Shown: positions 1-9,486 of the stretch, piece after piece
Layout: each line of letters starts with the position of its first letter
How positions within the stretch are numbered: the first letter of the stretch is position 1
Source of the DNA: an uncultured Chloroflexia bacterium
GTDB taxonomy: Bacteria; Chloroflexota; Limnocylindria; Limnocylindrales; CSP1-4
Direction of reading: 5' to 3'
Length of the DNA: 20,991 nt
NCBI GenBank assembly: GCA_963752475.1
Contig: CAVVYR010000002.1
Span: forward strand, 1 to 20,991
Made by a program: the position numbers and the translations under genes
Notes under the pieces: generated by a model
What the model was told of the DNA's origin: nothing
Seen by the model: only the letters and a program-made list of their open reading frames with translations
Database searches by the model: none

Positions 1-2426
1 CCCGAATCGTCACCGGTCTGCACACGGGTGCGGCGGCGCCGGGCTGCGAGTTGCCCCAACCGGCCTGGAGGATCTCACAGATGGTGTGAGTCCCAGTCGG
101 AAGGCCTCCGAAGTTGACTGTGCCGTTTCCGTTCGTGGTGCCGTTGGCGAGCAAGTAGTCAGTGGTCAGGTAGTAGAGCTGGATGTCCCATCCGGACAGC
201 CAAGGCTCGACGCTCTGGCGACTGCCGTTGCCGTTGCGGTCCTCGTACTTGCGGAGCCGCAGCGAGCCGCCAGCGTCGTCATTGCGGATCGTTCCGGTGC
301 CTGTCCCTGCGCCGAAGCGGATCCAGGTGACCGATCCGGGGTTCGAGAGTTCCACGCTGAAGGTTTCGTCGTCCTCAGGCCAGTTGTCGCCGCAGACCGT
401 CACGTCGAAGGATGTCTGGGCGTAGCCGCGGATGGGCCCACCGATGCTGACCGGGACGTTACTGCGCGTGATGTAGTCGACCCCCGGAGTCGTGCAGTCA
501 GCACCCCCGGTAGCATCATCGTTGACCGTAGACGCCTGCACGGTCACCGTCTCCCAGAAGAACGCTTGCCCCACGAAATCGATCGTGAAGCTGAGGGTCG
601 TGTTCGAGCCCGTGCCCTCACGCCTTCCAACGTCCCCGATCCCCCAGCCTCCAATGGCCGCCGGCTCGACCGTCGCGTCTCCGTCGGCTTGCGGCGCGAT
701 GGCGAGCTCCTCGGGCAGGCACTCGCCACTCGCGGGATCAACTTCACAGGGTTCGGTGATGGGCTCGCCGTCGGCGTCGGTCTCTCCAGGTTCCGGGACT
801 GCCTCGCCCTCTTCGGCTGGCAGCTCGGATGCAGTGAGATCCTCGCTCTCGTTGTTCGTGCCATCGTCGTCCGTGGCAGATTCACGGGCCGTCGGAGCCC
901 CATCCGTGGTGGGCTCCTCTCCGTCGGCGCCCTCGACTAGTGCCGCATCGTCGGGTGATCCCAGGTCGTCGACAGTGGGAGGAGATTCCACTTCCTTCTT
1001 GGGCTCCTCGGCCTTCTTCTCCTCGGCCTTGGGCTCGTCCTTCTTGGGCTCCTCGGCCTTCTTGGGCTCCTCGGCCTTCTTCTCCTCGGCCTTGGGCTCG
1101 TCCTTCTTGGGCTCCTCGGCCTTGGGCTCGTCCTTCTTGGGCTCCGCGGCCTTCTTCTCCTCGGCCTTGGGCTCGTCCTTCTTGGGCTTCGGTGCAGGGG
1201 CGGGCTTGATCCTCAGGTCTACCTTGGCACTGAGCTCGTTGGTCTCAGCGATGACCTCGGTTCCCTCGATGGCCGCAACGGCGGAGAGCTTGGTCTTCTC
1301 GCCCTTCTTCTTGATGAATGACGCGACGTCGGGGTCACTGAGTGACCACCTCGCGTTCTTCCTGTACTCGCATGCACTATCGGTCGCTGGGTCCCAGCCC
1401 TGGCCGCGCGGCGAGCCATCCTCGACGCAGGCGTACGCGGTGACGGGTTGGACGTCACCCACGGTGAGAACGAGCTCGGCCGGGAGGATCACGAGAATCC
1501 TCTCGGCCTTGGGCTCTCTCTTGGGCTCGTCCTTCTTGGGCTCCTCGGCCTTCTTCTCCTCGGCCTTGGGCTCGTCCTTCTTGGGCTCCTCGGCCTTCTT
1601 CTCCTCGGCCTTGGGCTCGTCGTCTTGGGCTCCTCGGCCGGCTTCTCCTCGGCCTTGGGCTCCTCGGCCTTGGGCTCCTCGCGGCTTCTCCTCGGCCTTG
1701 GGCTCCTCCCTTGGGCTCCTCGGCCGGCTTCTCCTCGGCCTTGGGCTCCTCGGCCTTGGGCTCCTCGGCCTTCTTCTCCTCGGCCTTGGGCTCTCCCTTG
1801 GGCTCCTCGGCCTTCTTCTCCTCGGCCTTGGGCTCCTCGGCCTTGGGCTCCTCGGCCTTCTTCTCCTCGGCCTTGGGCTCGTCCTTCTTGGGCTCCTCGG
1901 CCTTCTTCTCCTCGGCCTTGGGCTCGTCCTTCTTGGGCTCGTCGGCTCTCTCCTTCTTGGGCTCCTCGGCCTTCTTCTCCTCGGCCTTTTTCTTGGGCTC
2001 GTCGGCCTTCTTGGGCTCCTCGGCCTTCTTCTCCTCGGCCTTGGGCTGGTCCTTCTTGGGCTCCTCGGCCTTCTTCTCCTCGGCCTTGGGCTGGTCCTTC
2101 TTGGGCTCCTCGGCCTTCTTCTCCTCGGCCTTGGGCTCGTCGGCCTTGGGCGCCTCGGCCTTCTTCTCTCGCTCGTCGGCCTTGGGCTCGTCCTTCTTAG
2201 GCTCGTCGGCCTTGGGCGCCTCGTCCTTCTTGGGCTCTTCGGCCGCCTGAGGATCCGGTTGCGGCTGCTGGTCAGCCTGAGCCTCGGAGGCAGGGGGAGG
2301 CTCTGGTTCGCCGTCCTGGGCGATCACTGAGGCAGGGGCGAGTAGGACTGTCGATAGCAGCACGACCGCTTGAAGCACTGCAAGCATGGTGAGATAAGGC
2401 GTACGCGTGGGGCCCGACGACTGCAT
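1..2426 (-). CDS. Large secreted surface/adhesin-like protein: signal peptide, two K/E/P pentapeptide repeat arrays, Ig-like (Big_2-like), Calx-beta and SdrD-B/CnaB-like domains. 3' end lies outside the window; frameshifted within the repeat at ~1620-1715
   Basis: ATG 2426 follows AAAGGGAG; signal peptide MQSSGPTRTPYLTMLAVLQAVVLLSTVLLAPASVIA-QDG. Manual translation of the downstream minus frame, open to position 1, gives: ILVILPAELVLTVGDVQPVTAYAC...ARWSLSDPDVASF...SAKVDLRI (Ig-like, ~1205-1500); an acidic linker; IGDVGRREG...LSFTI...DYIT...FDVTVCGDNWPEDDETFSVELSNP...GTGTIRNDD (Calx-beta, ~275-640); and KYEDRNGNGSRQSVEPWLSGWDIQLY...TTNGNGTVNFGGLPTGTHTICE (SdrD-B-like, <260). Confidence 0.85.
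995..1190 (-). repeat. Intragenic 15-nt tandem repeat array 1 (AEEPK/AEEKK/KDEPK), about 13 units
   Basis: Repeated plus-strand units cttgggctcctcggc / cttcttctcctcggc / cttgggctcgtcctt. Confidence 0.95.
1503..2243 (-). repeat. Intragenic 15-nt tandem repeat array 2 (same pentapeptides, frequent 45-nt AEEKK-AEEPK-KDEPK super-unit), about 50 units
   Basis: Same units as array 1; three units near 1622, 1682 and 1710 are short by 1-2 nt. Confidence 0.95.
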
Positions 2427-2529
2427 AGCTCCCTTTCGCCGCCCGGGGACGAGGAGGTGCCCCCCGGCGCCATCACTGTTCGGCGCGGCTCTGTCGACGA
2501 ACAGGGCAGGCGCCAATCAGCGAATGATA
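2427..2529 (-). promoter_or_regulatory. Putative -10 element (TATCAT, 2524-2529) and structured ~95-nt 5' leader of the surface-protein gene
   Basis: Minus-strand stems GGCGCC/GGCGCC and CTGTTCG/CGAACAG, then GGGGGC-ACCTCCTC-GTCCCC, then SD AGGGAG. Confidence 0.45.
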
Positions 2530-2607
2530 GTCCCCGAGCGGACCGGTCTGCCTAGTCCTGTCGCACTATCGAGAGCACGGGCCATCCGTACGCCCACCCG
2601 GCCGGGA

Positions 2608-4242
2608 TCAGCTCAGCGCGTCGGCGACGATGGCCTGGGCTTCGGTGATGATGCGCTCGAGATGGGCCTCGTCGACGAAGGACTCGGCGTAGAGCTTGGT
2701 CACGTTCTCCGTGCCTGATGGTCGCGCCGCGAACCAGCCCTGCTCGGTCACCACCTTGAGACCGCCGATCGCAGCGCCGTTGCCGGGGGCCTCGGTCAGC
2801 TTGGCCGTGATCGGTTCGCCAGCCAGCTCGGTGGCCGCGACCGCCTCTGGCGAGAGCCGGCCCAGGGCCGCCTTCTGCTCGGGCGTGGCAGGCGCATCGA
2901 TGCGCTTGTACACCGGCGCCCCGAACTCCTCGGTAAGCCCAGCGTAGATGGCGCCGGGATCGCGACCGGTCCTGGCCGTCATCTCGGCCGCCAGCAGGCA
3001 GGCGATGATGCCGTCCTTGTCGGTCGACCAGGGCGAGCCGTCGAAGCGCAGGAAGGACATGCCCGCGCTCTCCTCGCCGCCGAACGCGACCGAGCCATCG
3101 AGCAACCCGTCCACGAACCACTTGAAGCCGACCGGGACCTCGTAGAGTCGGCGCCCGAGAGAGGCCGCAACACGGTCCTGCATGCTCGAGGACACGAGCG
3201 TCTTGCCGATGGCGGCGTCGGCGCCCCACGCTCGCGCCCCACCAAAGAGGTACGAGGCCGCGGCTGCGAGATAGTGGTTGGGGTTGAGCAACCCGACGGA
3301 CGGCGTGACCACGCCGAAGCGGTCGGCGTCGGCATCGTTGCCCAGGGCCAGGTCGTAGTCGGCCCGCATCTCCACCAGCCGCGCCATGGCGTAGGGCGAC
3401 GATGGATCCATGCGGATCTTGCCGTCCCAGTCGCGGGTCATGAAACCGAAAGCCGGGTCGACGGTGTCGTTGGTGATGGTCAGGTCGAGCTGGTAGAGCT
3501 CGGCGATGGCGCCCCACCAGGCCACTGCCGCGCCACCCAGCGGATCGACGCCGACGCGCAGGCCGGAGGTAGCGATGGCCGCAAGGTCGATGACCTCACC
3601 AAGGCTGGCGATGTAGACACCCTGATAGTCGTACCGTGCGGCGGCTGATCGCGCGCGTGGCGCCGGCACGCGCGCGACACCCTTCACGTCGCCTGCGAGC
3701 AGCTCGTTGGCCGCGTCCTGGATGGCCTTGGTCATCGACGCGTCGGCCGGGCCGCCGCTCGGCGGGTTGTACTTGAAGCCGCCATCGGCCGGAGGGTTGT
3801 GCGAGGGCGTGACCACGATGCCGTCGGCCGGGACATCCGGGTGCTCACGGTTCCAGGTGAGGATGGCGTGCGAGATGCCCGGGGTCGGCGTGAAGCCGTC
3901 GGCGGTATCGATGCGGACGTCGACACCGGCCGCCACCAGCACCTCCAGCGCGGTCAGGAAGGCCGGCTCGCTCAGCGCATGCGTGTCACGACCCATGAAC
4001 AGCGGGCCCTCGATACCCTGCTCACGGCGGAAGTCCACGATGGCCGTCGTCGTGGCCACGATGTGGCTCTCGTTGAAGGCGGTGTCCAGCGATGATCCAC
4101 GGTGGCCGGACGTGCCGAAGGCCACTCGCTGGGACGGCTCGGACGGATCAGGCACGCCCGAGTAGTAGGCGTCCTCGAGCGCCTGCAGATCGACGAGGAT
4201 CGAGGGGTCGGCGGGCTTTCCGGCGAATTCGCTCGTGGCCAC
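2608..4242 (-). CDS. pgm: Phosphoglucomutase (alpha-D-glucose-1,6-bisphosphate-dependent, E. coli Pgm type)
   Basis: Motifs FGTSGHRGSS, VTPSHNPP (catalytic Ser), NDADADR (metal loop), GGEESAG and ARPSGTE. GTG start at 4242 follows GGAGG; 544 aa. The ORF-track extension to 4617 overlaps the divergent gene. Confidence 0.96.
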   Translation of the reverse strand: MATSEFAGKPADPSILVDLQALEDAYYSGVPDPSEPSQRVAFGTSGHRGSSLDTAFNESHIVATTTAIVDFRREQGIEGPLFMGRDTHALSEPAFLTALEVLVAAGVDVRIDTADGFTPTPGISHAILTWNREHPDVPADGIVVTPSHNPPADGGFKYNPPSGGPADASMTKAIQDAANELLAGDVKGVARVPAPRARSAAARYDYQGVYIASLGEVIDLAAIATSGLRVGVDPLGGAAVAWWGAIAELYQLDLTITNDTVDPAFGFMTRDWDGKIRMDPSSPYAMARLVEMRADYDLALGNDADADRFGVVTPSVGLLNPNHYLAAAASYLFGGARAWGADAAIGKTLVSSSMQDRVAASLGRRLYEVPVGFKWFVDGLLDGSVAFGGEESAGMSFLRFDGSPWSTDKDGIIACLLAAEMTARTGRDPGAIYAGLTEEFGAPVYKRIDAPATPEQKAALGRLSPEAVAATELAGEPITAKLTEAPGNGAAIGGLKVVTEQGWFAARPSGTENVTKLYAESFVDEAHLERIITEAQAIVADALS

Positions 4243-4476
4243 GGATGCCTCCAGTCGGCGGGTCTCGGTAGTGGGATGTGCTGTGGAAGCGAGGGTACCG
4301 CGACCTCGACAGGGTGGATCGGCTGTGGACGCCTGGCGGGCCATCGCGCCTTTGGTGCCGAATGGGTGCCCGAGTGTCTCCCAATCGGCCCTGATTCCAC
4401 TTGCCGGGTGGCGTATCGTCGGCTTGACCGGGGCGGGAGCGTTTTCCCCGGCGCTCGTATTGGAGGGACCTATCGC

Positions 4477-5721
4477 ATGAGCATGCGTTCGTGGGCGAAG
4501 ATGGCTCGCGTTACCCTTGCCGGCGCGTTGCTGGCGAGCGCGATCGGCGTCAGTGGCGCACCGATCGTGGCCGCACAGGAAGAGACGGACTGCTCCGCCA
4601 TCGCCGGCGGCGTGCAACTACCCGAGACCGTCGACGGCAAGTTCAACATCGGCATGGTCCTCATCGGCCCCCACAACGACGGTGGCTGGAGCCAGGCTCA
4701 CTTCGAGGGCCTGCAGTACGTCTGCGAGAACGTGGACAACGCCCACGTGGCGTACATGGAGAACGTGGCTGAGGGCGCCGATGCCGAGCAGGTCTTCCGC
4801 AGTCTCGCTCGCAAGGGCTTCGACTACATCATCGGGACGTCCTTCGGCTACATGGAGCCGATGTCGGCGGTAGCCGAGGAGTTCCCGGATCAGCAGTTCC
4901 TGCACGTGTCCGGCTTCATGTCCAACGAAGAGAACTTCGGCAACATCATGGGCGCGATGGAGGACTTCAAGTACCTCTCCGGCATGCTCGCCGGCTCGCG
5001 CGCGATGGTCGACGGCAACCCCAAGCTCGGCTACATCGCCACCTTCCCCATCCCCGAGGAATACCGACTGGGCAACGCCTTCATGCTTGGCGCGCTGGAG
5101 ACCTGCCCCGAGTGCACCATGGACGTTCGCTGGATCAACACCTGGCACGACCCACAGATCGAGCGCGAAGCTGCGGCATCGCTCTTCGACGCCGGTGCCC
5201 AGGTCGTCTTCACCGGCGCTGACACGCCGGCACCTGCCGCTGTGGCCGAGGAGCTCGGCGACAAGTGGGGCATCACCTATGACTGGGCTGGCTCCTGCAC
5301 GAGCCCGGCCTGCCTGACTGCGCCGTACTGGCTGTGGGGCGCTGAGTACGCTCGCATCGCCGACGGCATCGTCGACGGCAGCTATACGCCAGGGTGGGTC
5401 TACTTCGACGCCGACTCCCAGGGTATGGGCCTCTATGGCTTCATGGAGGGCGAGGAGCCGACTCCCGGCATCGCCGACCTGCCCGAGGAAGACGTGCAGT
5501 TGGTCGAGGACACCCTCGCTGCCATGCTGGCCGGTGAGTTCGATCGCTTCGACGTGTTCTCCGGTCCGATCACCGACAACCAGGGAAACGTGGTCGTCCC
5601 TGAGGGCGAGTCCCTCGAGCAGGGGGACCTCGACCAGTTCAGTACGTTCGACGGGGCGACCTGCGAGTACTGCATGGACTGGTGGGTCGAAGGCATCACC
5701 GCGGCCCCGCCCGAGGGATAG
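4477..5721 (+). CDS. BMP-family ABC transporter substrate-binding protein (purine nucleoside/simple sugar)
   Basis: ATG 4477 follows GGAGG; signal peptide ending VAA-QEE; motifs IGPHNDGGWSQAHFEG, IIGTSFGYM, YLSGMLAG, LGYIATFPIPE and WINTWHDP. Confidence 0.92.
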   Translation: MSMRSWAKMARVTLAGALLASAIGVSGAPIVAAQEETDCSAIAGGVQLPETVDGKFNIGMVLIGPHNDGGWSQAHFEGLQYVCENVDNAHVAYMENVAEGADAEQVFRSLARKGFDYIIGTSFGYMEPMSAVAEEFPDQQFLHVSGFMSNEENFGNIMGAMEDFKYLSGMLAGSRAMVDGNPKLGYIATFPIPEEYRLGNAFMLGALETCPECTMDVRWINTWHDPQIEREAAASLFDAGAQVVFTGADTPAPAAVAEELGDKWGITYDWAGSCTSPACLTAPYWLWGAEYARIADGIVDGSYTPGWVYFDADSQGMGLYGFMEGEEPTPGIADLPEEDVQLVEDTLAAMLAGEFDRFDVFSGPITDNQGNVVVPEGESLEQGDLDQFSTFDGATCEYCMDWWVEGITAAPPEG

Positions 5722-5739
5722 CGGCTAGCAAGAGTCACC

Positions 5740-5775
5740 CAGGACCTCGGGGGTCTCCAGGCCCCCGAGGTCCTG
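5740..5775 (+). terminator. Intra-operon 14-bp stem-loop between the binding-protein and ATPase genes (mRNA stabiliser or partial terminator)
   Basis: Perfect inverted repeat CAGGACCTCGGGGG (5740-5753) / CCCCCGAGGTCCTG (5762-5775); no U tract on the plus strand. Confidence 0.7.
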
Positions 5776-5785
5776 AAACACACCC

Positions 5786-7327
5786 ATGAGTGACCCGGCG
5801 CTCGCAGTCGAGATGCGGGCGATCGTCAAGCGTTTCCCCGGCGTGGTCGCCAACGACCATGTCGATTTCGACGTGCGCACCGGAGAGGTCCACGCCCTCC
5901 TCGGTGAGAACGGGGCGGGCAAGTCCACGCTCATGAACATCCTCGCCGGCCTCTACTCGGCCGACGAAGGGAAGATCCAGGTCCGTGGCGAGAGCGTGTC
6001 GTTCACCTCACCCAGCGACGCTATCCATGTCGGCCTGGGCATGGTCCATCAGCACTTCACGCTGGTCAATTCGCTGACCGTGACCGAGAACATCCTGCTC
6101 GGGCTCGAAGAGCCACGCTTCTGGCTGGACATGCCGGCCCAGGAAGCCAAGGTCCAGGCACTGGCCGACGAGACCGGCCTCAACGTCGACCCTGCCGCCA
6201 GGATCTGGCAACTATCGGTCGGTGAGCAGCAGCGCGTCGAGATCCTGAAGATGCTCTACCGCGGCGCCAACATCCTGATCATGGACGAGCCCACGGCCGT
6301 CCTGGCGCCACAAGAGATCGAGGAGCTCTTCCACACGCTCAAGGGCATGACCGCGACGGGTGCTTCCGTCGTCTTCATCAGCCACAAGCTCGACGAGGTC
6401 CTCGAGATCGCCAACCGCGTGACCGTCATGCGACGCGGCGTGGTCACGGCGGCCGGTGTGCCAGCCGCCGGCAAGACGAAGAGGGACCTGGCCCAGCTGA
6501 TGGTCGGGCGCGAGGTGTTGGAGTCCCTCGACAAGGCGGACGTGCCCTCGGGCGAGATCGTGCTCGAGATGCAGGGCGTCAGCGCAACCAGCGACCGCGG
6601 CGTCCAGTGCCTCGAAGGCGTCGACCTGCGCATCCGCTCGGGACAGATCATCGGGCTCGCGGGGGTCGCGGGCAACGGTCAATCGGAATTGGCCGAGGTC
6701 ATCACCGGTCTGCGCGAGTGCACCGGCTCCATCGAGGTCAACGGGAAGGAGCTGGCCAACCGCCCGGTGCTGGAGGCCATCGACGCCGGCGTCGCGCACA
6801 TCCCCGAAGACCGCACCGGGACCGGCTCGGCACCGAACCTCTCGCTCACCGACAACCTCATCATGAAGGCCTACCGGACCGAGCCCATCGGCCACGGCTG
6901 GACCATCGACAGCAGCGTCGCCCGCACCAAGGCACAGGAGCTCAAGGACGCGTACGAGGTCTCGGCCCCGTCCATCGACACCGAGGCCCGACTACTCTCG
7001 GGCGGCAACCTGCAGCGGCTCATCCTGGCCCGTGAGATCAGCTCCCAGCCCGGATTGATGGTCGCGGTCCAGCCAACGCGCGGCCTGGATGTGGGCGCGA
7101 TCGAAACGGTTCACAAACTGCTGTTGGAGCAGCGTGAAGCCGGGATGGCGGTCCTGCTCATCAGCGAGGACCTCGATGAGATCCTCATGATCGCCGACCG
7201 GGTGGCCGTCATCTACGAGGGTCGGATCAGCCCGTCGATCCCGGTCGAGGAAGCCGAGGTCGCGCAACTGGGCCTGATGATGACCGGTACCAGCGCCGAG
7301 ACGGCAGCGGAGGAAGCGGCCCGATGA
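5786..7327 (+). CDS. ABC transporter ATP-binding protein with two NBDs (CUT2/nucleoside type)
   Basis: GENGAGKST, LSVGEQQRVEI and ILIMDEPT; second domain GVAGNGQSE, LSGGNLQR and QPTRGLDVGA. Confidence 0.96.
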   Translation: MSDPALAVEMRAIVKRFPGVVANDHVDFDVRTGEVHALLGENGAGKSTLMNILAGLYSADEGKIQVRGESVSFTSPSDAIHVGLGMVHQHFTLVNSLTVTENILLGLEEPRFWLDMPAQEAKVQALADETGLNVDPAARIWQLSVGEQQRVEILKMLYRGANILIMDEPTAVLAPQEIEELFHTLKGMTATGASVVFISHKLDEVLEIANRVTVMRRGVVTAAGVPAAGKTKRDLAQLMVGREVLESLDKADVPSGEIVLEMQGVSATSDRGVQCLEGVDLRIRSGQIIGLAGVAGNGQSELAEVITGLRECTGSIEVNGKELANRPVLEAIDAGVAHIPEDRTGTGSAPNLSLTDNLIMKAYRTEPIGHGWTIDSSVARTKAQELKDAYEVSAPSIDTEARLLSGGNLQRLILAREISSQPGLMVAVQPTRGLDVGAIETVHKLLLEQREAGMAVLLISEDLDEILMIADRVAVIYEGRISPSIPVEEAEVAQLGLMMTGTSAETAAEEAAR

Positions 7328-8436
7328 GCGCCGCCGCACCGATCCGTCACAGGCGGCTGCCGTTCGCCATCCACATGGAGCGTCGCCTCGAGACGCCGCG
7401 CGGCCTGGGCGTGGTCACCATCATCGGCGCCCTGGTCGTGGCCCTGCTCATCTCGGCGGGGATCATCTGGCTCATCGGCGGCGACCCCATCAACGCCTAC
7501 GCGCACATCGTCCGCTCATCGCTCGGCAGCACCGGCGTCCTCTCGGACACCTTGGTGAAGGCGACGCCGCTGATCTTCACAGGCTTGGCCTGTTCGGTTG
7601 CCTTCCGCATGCGCCTCTGGAACATCGGTGCCGAGGGTCAGCTCATGATGGGCGCCTGGGGCGCCAGCGCCATCGTGCTCCTGGGCTGGTTCCCTGAGGG
7701 CACGCCCAGCCTCATCTACCTGCCGCTGATGATGCTCGCGGGCATCGGCATGGGCGCCCTCTGGGCCGGCCTCGCAGGCTGGCTCAAGGCCCGCCTGGGG
7801 GTAAACGAGATCATCACCACCCTCATGCTCGTCTACATCAGCCAGGAGTGGGTCAAGTTCTGGGTCTTCGGCCCCTGGAGCGACGGCGGCTTCCAGATGT
7901 CGCCCCGCTTCCCGCGCGAGGCCTGGCTGCCACGCCTGACCGACCACAGCGACATCGTCAGCGACTTCGCCGGACTCACGGTCCACCTCGGCTTCGTCAT
8001 CGCGCTCGTGGCCGCCGGCGTGGTGTGGGTCTTCATCAACCGCACGCGCAAGGGCTACGAGATCCGGCTCATCGGAGACAACCCCCGAGCGGCGAAGTAC
8101 GCCGGCATCAACATCGGCCGCACGATCATCCTCGTGATGCTCATCTCGGGTGGTCTGGCGGGCCTTGCCGGCGCGTCCGAGATCAGCGGCGTGGTCCATC
8201 GACTGCAGGACAACTTCTCGCCGGGCTACGGCTTCACCGGCATCATCGTGGCATTCCTGGCGCGCTTCAACCCGCTGGGTGTCGTGGTTGCGGCGATCGC
8301 CTTCGGCGCGCTCATCCTGGCCGGACGCGAGATCCAGCCGGCCGGCATCCCGGCCATGATCCAGGGCGTCATCCTCTTCTGCGTCATCGCCAGTGACGTC
8401 TTCCTGCGGTACCGCATCCGGGTGGTGAGAACGTGA
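7324..8436 (+). CDS. ABC transporter permease (BPD_transp_2, nucleoside/simple sugar)
   Basis: ATGA overlap with the ATPase gene; WNIGAEGQ, VNEIITTLML, GDNPRAAKYAGIN and GYGFTGIIVAFL; multiple TM helices. Confidence 0.94.
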   Translation: MSAAAPIRHRRLPFAIHMERRLETPRGLGVVTIIGALVVALLISAGIIWLIGGDPINAYAHIVRSSLGSTGVLSDTLVKATPLIFTGLACSVAFRMRLWNIGAEGQLMMGAWGASAIVLLGWFPEGTPSLIYLPLMMLAGIGMGALWAGLAGWLKARLGVNEIITTLMLVYISQEWVKFWVFGPWSDGGFQMSPRFPREAWLPRLTDHSDIVSDFAGLTVHLGFVIALVAAGVVWVFINRTRKGYEIRLIGDNPRAAKYAGINIGRTIILVMLISGGLAGLAGASEISGVVHRLQDNFSPGYGFTGIIVAFLARFNPLGVVVAAIAFGALILAGREIQPAGIPAMIQGVILFCVIASDVFLRYRIRVVRT

Positions 8437-9396
8437 ACCTCGAACTCGCGCTCGCCGCCGGTGTCGGAGGCGGCACGCTCTTCCTCTTCGCCGCCGTCGG
8501 GGAGCTCTTCGCCGAGCGCTCAGGGGTCCTGAACCTCGGCGTGCAGGGCATGATGTTCCTGGGTGGCATGGTCGGTTTCTGGGTCGGCGGGGACGTCGAA
8601 CCCCTGGCTGGGACTGCTGTTGGCCATGGTTGCGGGGGCGCTACTCGCCGGACTCCACGGCATCGTCACCATCCACCTTCAGGCGAACCAGATCGTGTCC
8701 GGCCTGGCGTTGACGTTCCTCGGCACGGGCTTGGCGCTCGTGCTCGGCGATGGCCTCGCCAGCGGCAGCTCGCCACTGCTGCCGAACATCACCGTTCCGC
8801 TACTCGCCGAGATCCCGCTCATCGGCGGCGTCTTCTTCACCGACCACTCGATCCTCGTGTACGTGGGCTACCTGCTGGTGCCACTGACCTCGATCTGGAT
8901 CTTCCGCACCCGGCCCGGCCTGCACCTGCGCGCCGTTGGCGAGAACCCCAGCGCGGCTGACGCGCTTGGCGTCAACGTCTTCCGCCAGCGCTACATCTAC
9001 GTGATGCTGGGCGGAGCGCTGGCCGGCCTCGCGGGCGCCTACATGACGATGTCGCTCGTGCCTGGCTGGCACGCGGACAAGACGTTCATCGCCCAGGGCT
9101 GGATCGCGGTGGCCCTCGTCATCTTCGGCCAATGGAAGCCAGGTCGCACGATGTTCGGCGCCTACATGGTCGCGTTCATCTTCCGGCTGGCGCTCGATCT
9201 CCAGGGCAAGGATGCGTTGCTGGGTCTCTACAACGTCTTCTATGAGTACCAGCCCGCCACATTCTTCCTGGGCATGTTGCCGTACGTGATGGTCATCCTC
9301 GTGCTCGTCTTCGCTGCATCCGAGGCCAACCGCAAGCGCATCGGCGCACCCGCCGCACTGGGCGAACCCTACGTTAGAGGCGAGCGCGGCCACTAG
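8433..9396 (+). CDS. Second ABC permease (BPD_transp_2), split by a frameshift at the G run 8589-8592
   Basis: N-terminal part ERSGVLNLGVQGMM lies in the frame of GTG 8433. C-terminal part NPWLGLL...ANQIVSGLAL...GLHLRAVGENPSAADALGVNV...GWIAVALVIFGQWKP...APAALGEPY lies in the next frame. Removing one G joins them. Confidence 0.9.
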
Positions 9397-9486
9397 CCTG
9401 CATGGTCTCCGCTGACCCATCGCCACCGACGGTTCGCGCCAGCGACGCTCCAGATGCAGGACGGGCCGGGGTTCGGCGCTGTCCGA

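Noticed and set aside
995-2243. Repeat arrays as a possible CRISPR array
   Set aside because: Units are head-to-tail 15-mers with no unique spacers, they keep codon phase, and there are no cas genes.
492-2330. 612-aa plus-strand ORF with Ser-rich and Leu/Gly-rich 'membrane-like' repeats, plus ORFs 86..940, 1448..2200 and 1711..2250
   Set aside because: Antisense shadows of the minus-strand repeat gene; the minus frame has the SD, signal peptide and recognisable domains.
4102-4617. Overlapping N-terminal extensions of pgm (to 4617) and the BMP gene (from 4102)
   Set aside because: Longest-ORF artefacts; SD-supported starts at 4242 and 4477 give normal lengths and a 234-bp divergent promoter region.
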